A stretch of 64,000 nucleotides of DNA from Fimbriimonadales bacterium (GTDB lineage Bacteria > Armatimonadota > Fimbriimonadia > Fimbriimonadales > GBS-DC). Below the pieces are notes generated by a model, which was given only the letters and a program-made list of their open reading frames with translations, was not told the DNA's origin and searched no databases. The stretch spans positions 259,971-323,970 of the forward strand of contig BPGO01000003.1 of the NCBI GenBank assembly GCA_026003075.1, in the 5' to 3' direction. The translations under genes and the position numbers were made by a program. Of this stretch, positions 10,790 through 19,819 are shown piece by piece (position 1 is the stretch's first letter; every line of letters starts with the position of its first letter).

Positions 10790-12687
10790 TAGCTCAACCT
10801 CTGCTTGTACTCGGCGATGCGCTGCTGGATTTGCTCGCCGTCTTTGCATTCGCGCGTGGCTTCGGCAACATAATTCAGGAAGGCCCCATAGGCGTCGCAC
10901 CACTGCTGGTAAAGCGTCTGCAACCGCTCTTCCGCCCACGGCGGCAAGTAGTCGTAGATGGGGCGCGGTTGCAGTTCGTGTAGCATCTGCTCGTACGGTG
11001 CGAGTTCCGCTCGCAGCATCTCCTGGGCGCGGAGAAAGTTTCCGTAAATCCCCCGCGCGTAGCTAATCGCCTCGAAAGCGTCTTGCAGTCGCTGGCGTCT
11101 ATCGCTGGAGGGGGTCTCAGAGGGTGTGGTCGCGGTTGCACCGTTCACGGTCGCGTGCCCTCCATTTACCGAACCGAGTGGCTCGGAAGCAAGAGTGTTC
11201 CCCTCGTGTGTTAGGGGTAGCGGCGAGGTTTCGCCTCGTTCGAGGCGCAAGCGTTCGAGCGCGAAGCGTTCTCGCTCCAGTTCGCTTTGGATACGCATCT
11301 GCTCGGTGCGTTCCCGTTCCAGTTCGAGGCGTATCTGCTCGGAGGGGGCTTCGGGGAGCCCTTGTTCGGATGGGTCTTCCTGGTGTACCGGCTCGGACGA
11401 GGCGCGTTCGCGTTGCTGCTGTTCGCGTTTAGCGGCGACAACCGCGCTCTGGATGGCGTTGCGCACCACCTGTTCGCGTCCCTGCAGGTAGCCGCCTACC
11501 ATTGCCAGCCCCAGCAACGGCAGGATCGCCAGCAACGCCAGCACCGCCAGCAACAACACATCGCCCGCTCTCACTGTGGGCAGCCAATAGATCACAGACA
11601 CAAGCAACGCTGTGGGCAAGATTAAGAGCAGGAGTAGCACCAACCCCCCCAGACGCGCCGCACGCCTCGCCTTGAGTGCGCCCCAGTCGAACAGATAATA
11701 CAGCTCGCTGATGGCGCGGCTAACGCCCCACACCGCACGATACCACAACAACACCGCCAGCATCTCCCCAATCGAGGCAATCCAGAACGCAGGCGTTTCC
11801 CAATCCAGAGGAATTCCTGCGACGACCAGCAGGATTTGCCCCAGAGCGACCCCGATGGCAAGCGGCGCGAGCCAGTGCAGCCAGTACGGGATGACCAACG
11901 CTTGGTTGGTAGGCAGGTGCGCCGCGTGCGCCGCCTCTTCAGGCGTGAGCGGTTCGATGGGGTCAGGTAGCTTCGCAGTCGCTTCAGACTGGGGATTGCT
12001 GGTTGGTGCGGAGCCCTGCGAAGACGGTTCACCTCGAGATGCGGTATCCGTCTCTGTATCCGAGCGTTGCGGCAAGAGCCTTGACAATAGAGGAATCCTA
12101 CGCTCAGATGGGGGTGATTGGGCAGGCGACGAAGCCGTTGCTGTTGTGCCAAGTTGCGCCTGGGCGTTTTGGGGCGGGGCATCGGATGCGGTCGACTCCG
12201 TTAGTTCGGCTTGTCCTTCGGTTGTTGGCTCCACCTCTTCAGGGAGCCCAATCCCCAGCAGGGGGTCGCCGCGCAGGGTGATACCCGCTAATCCAGCGCG
12301 ACGATACGCCTCGGCATCGGCGTCATCTAACTTCTCTCGGAGGCGATCGATCTCGCCCTGCCAGCGCTGACGGATCGAGTCTATTTGCGCCAAAATTTGC
12401 TGTCGTCGCTCGTACACCTCGCGGTTATATGCTTCATCGTCTTGCCGCCGTTGGGCGTATGCCGTGATCTCCTGTTCACGCGCTTGGCAATAGTTCTGGA
12501 ACGCGGTGCGCGCCGCCTCATATTGCGGACGGATCAGTTCTGCCTTGAGTACATTCACCTGGCGCAGCACCTCGTACAGACCAACCCACTCGCTCTGCTC
12601 GAACGGGACATCGCGGAAAATAGGTTCGCGCTTATCCCGGCGAAGCTCTCCGTTTACGCTACCGTTTTGCTCAAACACTAATCTCAC
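10786..12687 (-). CDS. Hypothetical membrane protein with coiled coils (about 4 TM)
   Basis: 633-aa ORF with central hydrophobic segments flanked by E/R/Q-rich and P/S/T-rich regions. Confidence 0.75.
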   Translation of the reverse strand: MRLVFEQNGSVNGELRRDKREPIFRDVPFEQSEWVGLYEVLRQVNVLKAELIRPQYEAARTAFQNYCQAREQEITAYAQRRQDDEAYNREVYERRQQILAQIDSIRQRWQGEIDRLREKLDDADAEAYRRAGLAGITLRGDPLLGIGLPEEVEPTTEGQAELTESTASDAPPQNAQAQLGTTATASSPAQSPPSERRIPLLSRLLPQRSDTETDTASRGEPSSQGSAPTSNPQSEATAKLPDPIEPLTPEEAAHAAHLPTNQALVIPYWLHWLAPLAIGVALGQILLVVAGIPLDWETPAFWIASIGEMLAVLLWYRAVWGVSRAISELYYLFDWGALKARRAARLGGLVLLLLLILPTALLVSVIYWLPTVRAGDVLLLAVLALLAILPLLGLAMVGGYLQGREQVVRNAIQSAVVAAKREQQQRERASSEPVHQEDPSEQGLPEAPSEQIRLELERERTEQMRIQSELERERFALERLRLERGETSPLPLTHEGNTLASEPLGSVNGGHATVNGATATTPSETPSSDRRQRLQDAFEAISYARGIYGNFLRAQEMLRAELAPYEQMLHELQPRPIYDYLPPWAEERLQTLYQQWCDAYGAFLNYVAEATRECKDGEQIQQRIAEYKQRLSY

Positions 12688-12782
12688 TCCCTCTGTGCAT
12701 GATACCTAATTATCACTTCGTGGGGGCGGGTGGGATGGCAATAGGCTCTGTCGCCGCGGTGCGCCCGTGTGAAGAAGCCATT

Positions 12783-13481
12783 TCAAAACAGGCGTGGCTC
12801 ACCCTCACTGGCTTGGTCAAGTGGCGCGATGAGGCTGGGGTCGTCGTGGGCGGGGCTGTTCACGCGCGGGCTGACAGGGTAAGCCATTAGCAGATCGTCG
12901 GGCGCGGGGCGCAACAGAGCCTCCAGCGTATCCAGAGGTGTGTCGGGGTTCAACCACGCTTCGTAGGCGTCGGGCGGTAGTACGACCGCCATGCGCGAGT
13001 GCAGGGGTTGTATTACGGCGTTCGCGTCGGTGGTGATAATCGTGCAGGTTTCCAGTTCGCTGCCGTCGGGGCTGCGCCAAGTCTCCCACAAGCCTGCTAA
13101 CCCGATGGGTTGGTCATCGGCGGGGCGGACGAAATAGGGCTGCTTGGTGCGTCCGACCTTTTTCCACTCGTAGAAACCGCTCACCGGCACGATACAGCGG
13201 CGGTAGCGGTAGGCGTTGCGGAAGGCGGGCTTCTCGCGCAGGCTCTCGGCGCGGGCATTAATCATCCGATTGCCGATACTGACATCCTGCGCCCAGCTGG
13301 GCACTAAGCCCCACGCGAAATGCGTCCACTCGCGGGTTTTCGCATCGCGATTGTAGCGCAGAGCTAACACGGGCTGGCTGGGGGCGATGTTGTAGCGTGG
13401 GGCGATGGGATGCGGCACGGGCGTTCCGAACCGCCACGCCAGTTGCTCTCCGTCAGCGTACAGCGCGAACCTTCCACACAT
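12783..13481 (-). CDS. SOS response-associated peptidase (SRAP/YedK/HMCES family)
   Basis: N-terminal MCGRF, RYNIAPSQ, INARAES, GFYEWK, HSRM. Confidence 0.95.
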   Translation of the reverse strand: MCGRFALYADGEQLAWRFGTPVPHPIAPRYNIAPSQPVLALRYNRDAKTREWTHFAWGLVPSWAQDVSIGNRMINARAESLREKPAFRNAYRYRRCIVPVSGFYEWKKVGRTKQPYFVRPADDQPIGLAGLWETWRSPDGSELETCTIITTDANAVIQPLHSRMAVVLPPDAYEAWLNPDTPLDTLEALLRPAPDDLLMAYPVSPRVNSPAHDDPSLIAPLDQASEGEPRLF

Positions 13482-13487
13482 CGCGTT

Positions 13488-14577
13488 TCACTCCAATCGC
13501 TCGCCCACTTGGGGGCGGTAGCCATTCACGAAGGCACGAACCTCCATGCGGGGTCGGCTTTCAGGTTGCACTTCCAGCAGGCGCAGCGCGCCCTCGCCAC
13601 AGGCGACGAGGAAGTTGTGGGGATCGGCGGAGAGGATTGTGCCCTCACCCCCCCTGCCCCCCTCTCCCACCGCGTGGACGAGGGGGGGGTGTGCCCTCGC
13701 TGACCTCTCCCACCGCGTGGGCGAGGGGGGGTGTGCCCTCGCTGACCTCTCCCACCGCGTGAGCACGGGGGGAGGCGACTCCCCTCTCCCACGCCGTGGG
13801 AGAGGGGACGGGGGTGAGGGCGACCTCCGCCCGCCAAATCTTCAGCATCTTCCCTCGCCAGAAGGCATAGGCGCCAGGCTTAGGCGAGAAGGCGCGGATG
13901 CGGTTGCGACACCGCACGGCAGGCTCATCCCAGCGGATGTGGCAGTCTTCTTTCGTAATCAGGGGTGCGTAGGTCGCGGCGGCGTGGTTTTGAGGCGTGC
14001 GCGTCAGTGTGCCTGCTTGCAGGCGTTGTAGCCCCTCAATCAGCAGTTCCGCCGCGCGTTGGGCAAGGCGCGCCTCCAAAGTACCGTAATCATCGTCGGG
14101 TAGGATGGGTTCCACCACTTGCAGATAGATGTCGCCCGCGTCCATCTCGCGCACCATCTCCATCAGCGTGACGCCTGTCTCTGTTTCGCCGTTCAAAATC
14201 GCATACTGGATAGGCGACGCCCCCCGATACTTAGGTAGCAGCGAGGCGTGTAGGTTCCAGTTGCCCAGCGAGGCAATCTCCAAGAGGCTTTGGGGCAGAA
14301 TCTTGCCGTAGGACGCCAAGACAATCAGGTCAGGCGCAAGCGAGCGAGCCTGTTCAATAAACTCTGGGTCGCGGGCGCGTTGGGGGGTTAGCACGGGCAG
14401 GTTCAGCGTCTCTGCCCGTTCGTGGACAGGGGTTTTATGAACGCGCATTCCGCGCCCTGCTGGTTTCGGGGGCTGGCTCACGACGGCTAAGATGGGGTAG
14501 CCTTCGTGGTGTAATCGTTCCAGCGCGGGCACTGCGAACGCTCCTGAACCGAAATAGACAATGCGCGGGCGACTCAG
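13488..14577 (-). CDS. fmt: Methionyl-tRNA formyltransferase with a repeat insertion and apparent frameshift in a G8 run
   Basis: RIVYFGSGAFAVP, PPKPAGRG, NLHASLLPKYRGASPI, MDAGD, RAFSPKPGA; C-terminus VACGEGALRLLEVQPE in ORF 13488..13766; directly downstream of def. Confidence 0.9.
13641..13821. repeat. REP-like palindromic element with 42-bp tandem units
   Basis: Ends GCCCTCACCCCC / GGGGGTGAGGGC are inverted repeats; unit CCTCTCCCACCGCGTGG(A/G)CGAG(7-8)TGTGCCCTCGCTGA twice plus two variant hairpins. Confidence 0.9.
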
Positions 14578-15116
14578 ACCGCCTCCTCCTCGTCTTCGGT
14601 ATAGGGATGCTCCCAGCGTAAAGTCTCTGGAATCGCGCGATCGATGAACAGCACGCCGTCCAGATGGTCGACTTCGTGCAGGGCGATGCGTGCGGGGGTG
14701 TCTTCCAAGTGCAGCCGAATGGGTTTGCCGTGTCGGTTGATTCCGCGCAGGACGATATGCTTAGCGCGTTTGACATCGCCAAACAATTGCGGAATGCTCA
14801 AGCAGCCTTCCAGCCCCACCTGCTCACCCGAACGCTCCAGCACTTGGGGATTGATAATCACGCGGGGCTGTTGGTCAGGCGGGGCGACAATAATCACACG
14901 CAACGGTACACCCACCTGCGGCGCGGCTAATCCGATGCCGTTCGCGCGTTTCATCACGCGCATCATATGCTCGATCAGCGCGTCCAGGTCGGGCGTGATG
15001 CGCTGAACAGACTTTGCGGTTTTGCGCAGAATCGGGTCAGGGTACTTCACGACCCCGTCGTCGCGCTCAAAATAGACACGAAACTCGGCAGGTACAACCA
15101 GGTTCGTTTCCTTCAT
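14574..15116 (-). CDS. def: Peptide deformylase
   Basis: GIGLAAPQVG, EGCLS, HEVDHLDG. Confidence 0.97.
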   Translation of the reverse strand: MKETNLVVPAEFRVYFERDDGVVKYPDPILRKTAKSVQRITPDLDALIEHMMRVMKRANGIGLAAPQVGVPLRVIIVAPPDQQPRVIINPQVLERSGEQVGLEGCLSIPQLFGDVKRAKHIVLRGINRHGKPIRLHLEDTPARIALHEVDHLDGVLFIDRAIPETLRWEHPYTEDEEEAV

Positions 15117-15164
15117 CGCCTCTAAGAGATTATACCTCCTCTTATTCAGGTAAAATCCTCACCG

Positions 15165-15494
15165 ATGAGCCAGCTGCTTATAGACCTGATAGACTACTAT
15201 GAGCAGTGCTTGCTTCAGGAGCGGCGCGAGTCGCTGAGTATCTTGGAGGCGCGTCTGGAGCAGTCAATCATTCCCTTGCACGGGTGGAGTCAAGAGAGCT
15301 GGCAAACTCTGAACACGCTTCCCGTTGTGCAGCAGTTTGTGCAGGCGCAGCGTGGGCATGGGGCGGTTTCAGTGGTATATGCACCGTATGTGTGGACGAC
15401 AACGCGCGGGACGCGCCATGAGCCGATTGTAGGGATCTACGGTAGACCGTGCAGGAATCCCTATCAGCGAACCGAAATTCGGTTCGCGCAGTGA
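15165..15494 (+). CDS. Hypothetical protein, possibly a truncated N-terminal fragment
   Basis: 109-aa ORF preceded by GGTAAAAT -10-like element; no recognisable complete domain. Confidence 0.45.
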   Translation: MSQLLIDLIDYYEQCLLQERRESLSILEARLEQSIIPLHGWSQESWQTLNTLPVVQQFVQAQRGHGAVSVVYAPYVWTTTRGTRHEPIVGIYGRPCRNPYQRTEIRFAQ

Positions 15495-15552
15495 GTGCTG
15501 CTTACCGCTCTGTAAGGAAGTCGATACCGTTGACCGAACTGGGAGCTTCAGG

Positions 15553-17175
15553 ATGCGACGCCTATGGATAACGGCGGCTCTCGTCGGGGTTGTCGGGGGC
15601 GCAGGGCAAACAGTGATTCAAGTGCGCCCTCTTGTTCACGAGGACGCCATCAGTTATCGGGGCGCATACCAGGTGGCGCTGATTCAGCAGCAAGGTTCCA
15701 CAAGCGGCACGCTTATCGCCACCGACCAACAGGGACACCAGTGGGTCTACCCTCTCGATTTGGCAGCCAGTGCCCGCAAGCAGCTCTATCTGAGTTTGGA
15801 TGTGGCTAATCGTTATGCCCCGCGTTGGAGAGCGCCCCGCTTGGAATGGCACGACTCTGAGTCTAAATCCCAGCGCATCGAGACGCCGACACTGTTGCCT
15901 CGTCACCTTCCCATTGTGGTGGTGGGCAACCTCAAGGGTGGTCTGGAGTTTCTGAATGACCAGCAAGTCCAATTCCTTACGCGACGACTGCGGTCGAGCG
16001 AATCAAATATCCCGATACGGGTGTACTACTGGCGCCCGAGCGAGTTGCCCGACGATTGGCGTGCCTTGTTGGAGGCGCCGATACTGGTGCTTGCGGAAGG
16101 CGCGGAAACCCTCAACGATGCACAGCTGCGTGCGCTGCGCTTGTGGCTGAACGCGGGAGGTACTTTAGTGCTTAGCCTGGGCGCGTTTTCCAGTTGGCGG
16201 GCGACGCCGTTCGCCCCCCTTATCACAGCGGAGCCGCATGGCTTGTTTACGCCGTTTATGCCCGATATGCCACAGATCGAACTGTCTTGGCGAAGGGTCG
16301 GCCAGGGGATGCTCCTCCTCTTCTCAGGGGATATTGGGTCGGCTCAGTGGCGCGCCCGCCCCGAACTGCTGACGATGTTCCAAACGATTGCGTCTTCCAG
16401 TCGTCTCCCCTCGGAGTTGCTGACACGGCGCGTGGAGGCGGGTACGGAAGGTTTTGTGGGGGCTATGCCCTATGAGCGACTGGACGGCGGCATGGTAGTA
16501 TTGGCGTTGTATGGGCTTGGGGTGTGGGTGCTGAGTGCGTGGTTGCGTCGCCGGCGGCGGTTGGCAGCGGTGTTTAAGCCGTTGGTCGGATTGACGGTGC
16601 TGAGTTGCGTTGTTGTGTGGCTGTTGGCGCCTCGCTTGCCACAAGATCAGCCTATCGTCTACCGCGCGGTGCTTCAAAGTGCAATCCAGCCAACCGTAGA
16701 AGCAGGGGTCCTGATGGCGCATCTTGAAGCGGGACGCCATCAGATTACGCTCCCTGAAGACGCCTTCGTGGTCAGCATCCAGGTGCAGCCTTTCACGCCG
16801 ATTGTCATCCGAGATGCCGCAGCGCCCCAGCTGGAGCTCCACTGCAAGAGCCACACGCGCGTTGCCATTGGGTTCGTATGTCCTGTGGAACAACCGCCGC
16901 GGGTGCAACTGCAGCGATCAGGATGGTTTGCCACGCTCCGCAACCTTACGAACGAACCGCTCCAATCGCTGCAGTTCTATGACGACTGGTTCCTAATGGG
17001 CGAATCGGTACCGCATCAACACATAGAATCGCTTCCGCCCCGTCAACAAGCGCGCTGTCGAGTATCTAAATCCAGCTCATGGCTTCGAACGCCTTTACCC
17101 CCCAGCGAGGCTTCGGTTTTCATTGAGGGCAAACCCGTGCAGGAGGTGCGCTCCTTGTGGGCATCCATTCCCTAA
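15553..17175 (+). CDS. Hypothetical exported/membrane protein
   Basis: Signal-like N-terminus, WLNAGGTLVL (GATase-like fold feature), two internal TM helices. Confidence 0.75.
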   Translation: MRRLWITAALVGVVGGAGQTVIQVRPLVHEDAISYRGAYQVALIQQQGSTSGTLIATDQQGHQWVYPLDLAASARKQLYLSLDVANRYAPRWRAPRLEWHDSESKSQRIETPTLLPRHLPIVVVGNLKGGLEFLNDQQVQFLTRRLRSSESNIPIRVYYWRPSELPDDWRALLEAPILVLAEGAETLNDAQLRALRLWLNAGGTLVLSLGAFSSWRATPFAPLITAEPHGLFTPFMPDMPQIELSWRRVGQGMLLLFSGDIGSAQWRARPELLTMFQTIASSSRLPSELLTRRVEAGTEGFVGAMPYERLDGGMVVLALYGLGVWVLSAWLRRRRRLAAVFKPLVGLTVLSCVVVWLLAPRLPQDQPIVYRAVLQSAIQPTVEAGVLMAHLEAGRHQITLPEDAFVVSIQVQPFTPIVIRDAAAPQLELHCKSHTRVAIGFVCPVEQPPRVQLQRSGWFATLRNLTNEPLQSLQFYDDWFLMGESVPHQHIESLPPRQQARCRVSKSSSWLRTPLPPSEASVFIEGKPVQEVRSLWASIP

Positions 17176-18197
17176 AGCGCTGGTGGCGTGCGTTTTTCGC
17201 GGAGAACCCGGTTGTGTGGCTGCTGCGTCGGGCGTTTCTGTTTGACCTCATGCGCAGTTTGGACACGCGCGCGAGCTCCGTGATACGCCAATATGAGCAA
17301 GCGGTTCGGCGTGGGGATTGGGAACACGGGCGTGTCTTGTTTGCGCACATTGCTCAACGCTGGCGTATTCCGCCCCTACCCCAATCGTTCTGGCTACGCG
17401 GCGATCGGTGGGCGTTCGTGTGTTTGTCGTTAGTGGGGTTGTTTTTTCTGGGCGCACTGTGGTGGTCTGGCTGGTGGGGCGTGTTGCACGGCAAACCCTT
17501 CGTGTTGGTATCTGTGCTGGCGTTTATGAATCTGCTTCCATTTTTCTACAGTTCGCTCCCGAACCTGTTGATACGCGAGCATGCGAACGGCACTTCGGTT
17601 TTTTTGCGCCTGACGCCGTTAAGCGGGCGCGATTTGCTCTGGGGAGCGTATGCCGCGTATGTCGTGGGGGGTGTGGTACGGCTCTATCTTTCGTGGTGCG
17701 CGCCTATCCTACTCACTTTAGGGTATCTCGTCTATGGTTCTCTAATTATGGCGTTGGGCATCTATCTGCAGGTAGGGCTGTGTCTTGTGATGACGGGGTT
17801 GCTTTGGCAGGTGGTGATGGGTTTATGCGCCACGCAGCGGATGACGCTACTATGGATGGTGGGCTATACCCTGTTCGTGGTGGTCATCAGCATAGGCGCG
17901 TGGTCGGGTGGAGTAGCGATTGTGGGCATCTATAATCAAGTGGGCATCTTGGAGCGAATGAGTACCATGCCCTTCTGGGGATGGGTTCTCCAGCCTGCGT
18001 TCTGGATGTCGGTGGTACTGCCGAGCGCCTGTGTGTTGATGGCGCCCTTAATCACACAGCCGCTGTGGGGGCTAATTCAGGCTGTGTTTTGGGTGGGCGC
18101 TTGGCGTGTGTTAGAGCCGTTGGCAGTGCGTCGTCTGCAGCGCATGCTGAACGCTCCTGAACCCGAGCCGCAGTCGCAGGAGGGTGCATGGTGGTAA
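17157..18197 (+). CDS. Multi-pass membrane protein (ABC-2 permease-like)
   Basis: ENPV start, REHANGTSVFLRLTPLS resembles the RExxxGTxxxLxxTPL permease motif; several TM helices. Confidence 0.65.
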   Translation: MGIHSLKRWWRAFFAENPVVWLLRRAFLFDLMRSLDTRASSVIRQYEQAVRRGDWEHGRVLFAHIAQRWRIPPLPQSFWLRGDRWAFVCLSLVGLFFLGALWWSGWWGVLHGKPFVLVSVLAFMNLLPFFYSSLPNLLIREHANGTSVFLRLTPLSGRDLLWGAYAAYVVGGVVRLYLSWCAPILLTLGYLVYGSLIMALGIYLQVGLCLVMTGLLWQVVMGLCATQRMTLLWMVGYTLFVVVISIGAWSGGVAIVGIYNQVGILERMSTMPFWGWVLQPAFWMSVVLPSACVLMAPLITQPLWGLIQAVFWVGAWRVLEPLAVRRLQRMLNAPEPEPQSQEGAWW

Positions 18198-19804
18198 GCA
18201 GTGCGTGGATTGTGTTTCGTGTAGAGTATCGGCGGTTCGTGCGCACGCGCCGCGCTTGGGTCTTTATTCTCAGTATTCTGGTTGTGGGGTGGCTGCTCGC
18301 GTTTGGGGTCTGGCTTCTGGCTCGATCCGCACCGCTGGCGGCGCAGCAGTTGTTAGGCTTGTCTTATATGCCTGCTGGACTGATAGGCTGCTTGGCAGGG
18401 CTGCCGAGTCTGTTTGCAGGGGTCTTGGGGCTGCGCATGGTTCAAGATGTCTATAAAACGCATCTCCTGCCGGACCTATACTTGACCGAACTGCATCCGC
18501 TGGGTGTGTTGATAGGGCGTGCGCTGGCGACCACCGCACTGGCGGGGGTGTCGCTCCTCACGCTTACCCCGGCGGCGTTGTGGCTCTGTGCGTTAATCGG
18601 TGTCTCGCCGTGGCTGTGGGTCGGGACGGTACTGCTGGCGTTGGCATCGTATGGCTTCGGCTTTAGCTACGATGCGTTCTCCCTACGCGAAGCACAATTG
18701 GCGCCCCTTATCGAGGCGACGCCATTGATCGGGCGCACCAGCAGAACGCTTAGCCTTCTCGGAACATGGGTATTCCTTGCTTGGATGCTCTTTGGGTTAG
18801 GCGCGATTCTTGTTCCAGAAGCGCATCGGTTGGCAGGTCTGCCTGTATGGGCGTTCTTCGCGTTCACAGCCCCGATGCTCTTATGGTACGGCAATTGGGG
18901 GGCGGTGTTGCTGGGGTTGGTGTTGACCCTCGGCGCGACGATGGTGTTGCTTGTGGGCGCTGCCCAGTGGCGCGGTTGGTGGTCGGATACAGCGTACCGA
19001 TGGACTCGCATCGTGGGGACGGTTTGGTGGACAGCGCTAATTGTCCTCACTGTGGCGCCGCTTGCCACAATGACGCGCAGCGCCGCTGCTGTAGAGCATC
19101 TCTTACTCGCAAGCATGCTCGGTGTTGCCTTGCTCAACCTGTGGATTGCTCCTGCCTTAGGCTACTACGGCGTGGGGCGTCGCCCACGCGCCGTGCGCGG
19201 TGCGTTGCCCTACCCATGGGGCGGCGTTGTGTGGCAGTGGGGACTTCAGTGGCTCACGACCGTCACGCTCTACGGGGTGGTGGGATGGGCGTCCGGATAC
19301 TGGGTCGCATGGGAGCGTTGGGGGTTCTGGGCAGTCTATACTTGGCTGGGGGTAACGGTGCTCGCGCAAGTCCTCACAGTGGACTACTTAAGGAATGCCG
19401 CGTTCTGGCATCCGCAAAAAGAATCGCTTTTGGGACAGCGCTGGCTGCAAACTCATACCCAGCACGTTTGGTACGAATCGCTGGCACAGACGGTTGGTTC
19501 GGGCATAACAGCCCTGTTTACTTTTCTCGGAGTGCTCCTCGGTTTGAGGTTCTTGCTGCGAAGCCTGGACGCGATGCTTGGGGGAGTACCGCTCTTATTA
19601 ATTTTGGCGGACTGGTTCCCGCGCTTGCATCCGTGGTGGGGGTTCTACCAAGAATGGCGAGGTATCGGCGATAACTGGCTCTATGTAGTCTACTTAATTC
19701 TCTTAACGCCGATGTTATGGGGTCGGCTTTTGCGTTGGCGCTCTTTCAAGAAGGCAGGCGAACCGAGAGAGCCTTCTGGCGCAGGGCAAGGAGGTGACGC
19801 CTGA
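18188..19804 (+). CDS. Multi-pass membrane protein (ABC-2 permease-like)
   Basis: IVFRVEYRRFVRTRRAW start, LYLTELHP..VLIGR, more than 10 hydrophobic segments. Confidence 0.65.
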   Translation: MVVSSAWIVFRVEYRRFVRTRRAWVFILSILVVGWLLAFGVWLLARSAPLAAQQLLGLSYMPAGLIGCLAGLPSLFAGVLGLRMVQDVYKTHLLPDLYLTELHPLGVLIGRALATTALAGVSLLTLTPAALWLCALIGVSPWLWVGTVLLALASYGFGFSYDAFSLREAQLAPLIEATPLIGRTSRTLSLLGTWVFLAWMLFGLGAILVPEAHRLAGLPVWAFFAFTAPMLLWYGNWGAVLLGLVLTLGATMVLLVGAAQWRGWWSDTAYRWTRIVGTVWWTALIVLTVAPLATMTRSAAAVEHLLLASMLGVALLNLWIAPALGYYGVGRRPRAVRGALPYPWGGVVWQWGLQWLTTVTLYGVVGWASGYWVAWERWGFWAVYTWLGVTVLAQVLTVDYLRNAAFWHPQKESLLGQRWLQTHTQHVWYESLAQTVGSGITALFTFLGVLLGLRFLLRSLDAMLGGVPLLLILADWFPRLHPWWGFYQEWRGIGDNWLYVVYLILLTPMLWGRLLRWRSFKKAGEPREPSGAGQGGDA

Positions 19805-19819
19805 CCCGTGCCGCCCCCC

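Noticed and set aside
13660-13790. Tandem repeats as a CRISPR array
   Set aside because: Units are contiguous with no unique spacers, and no cas genes are present.
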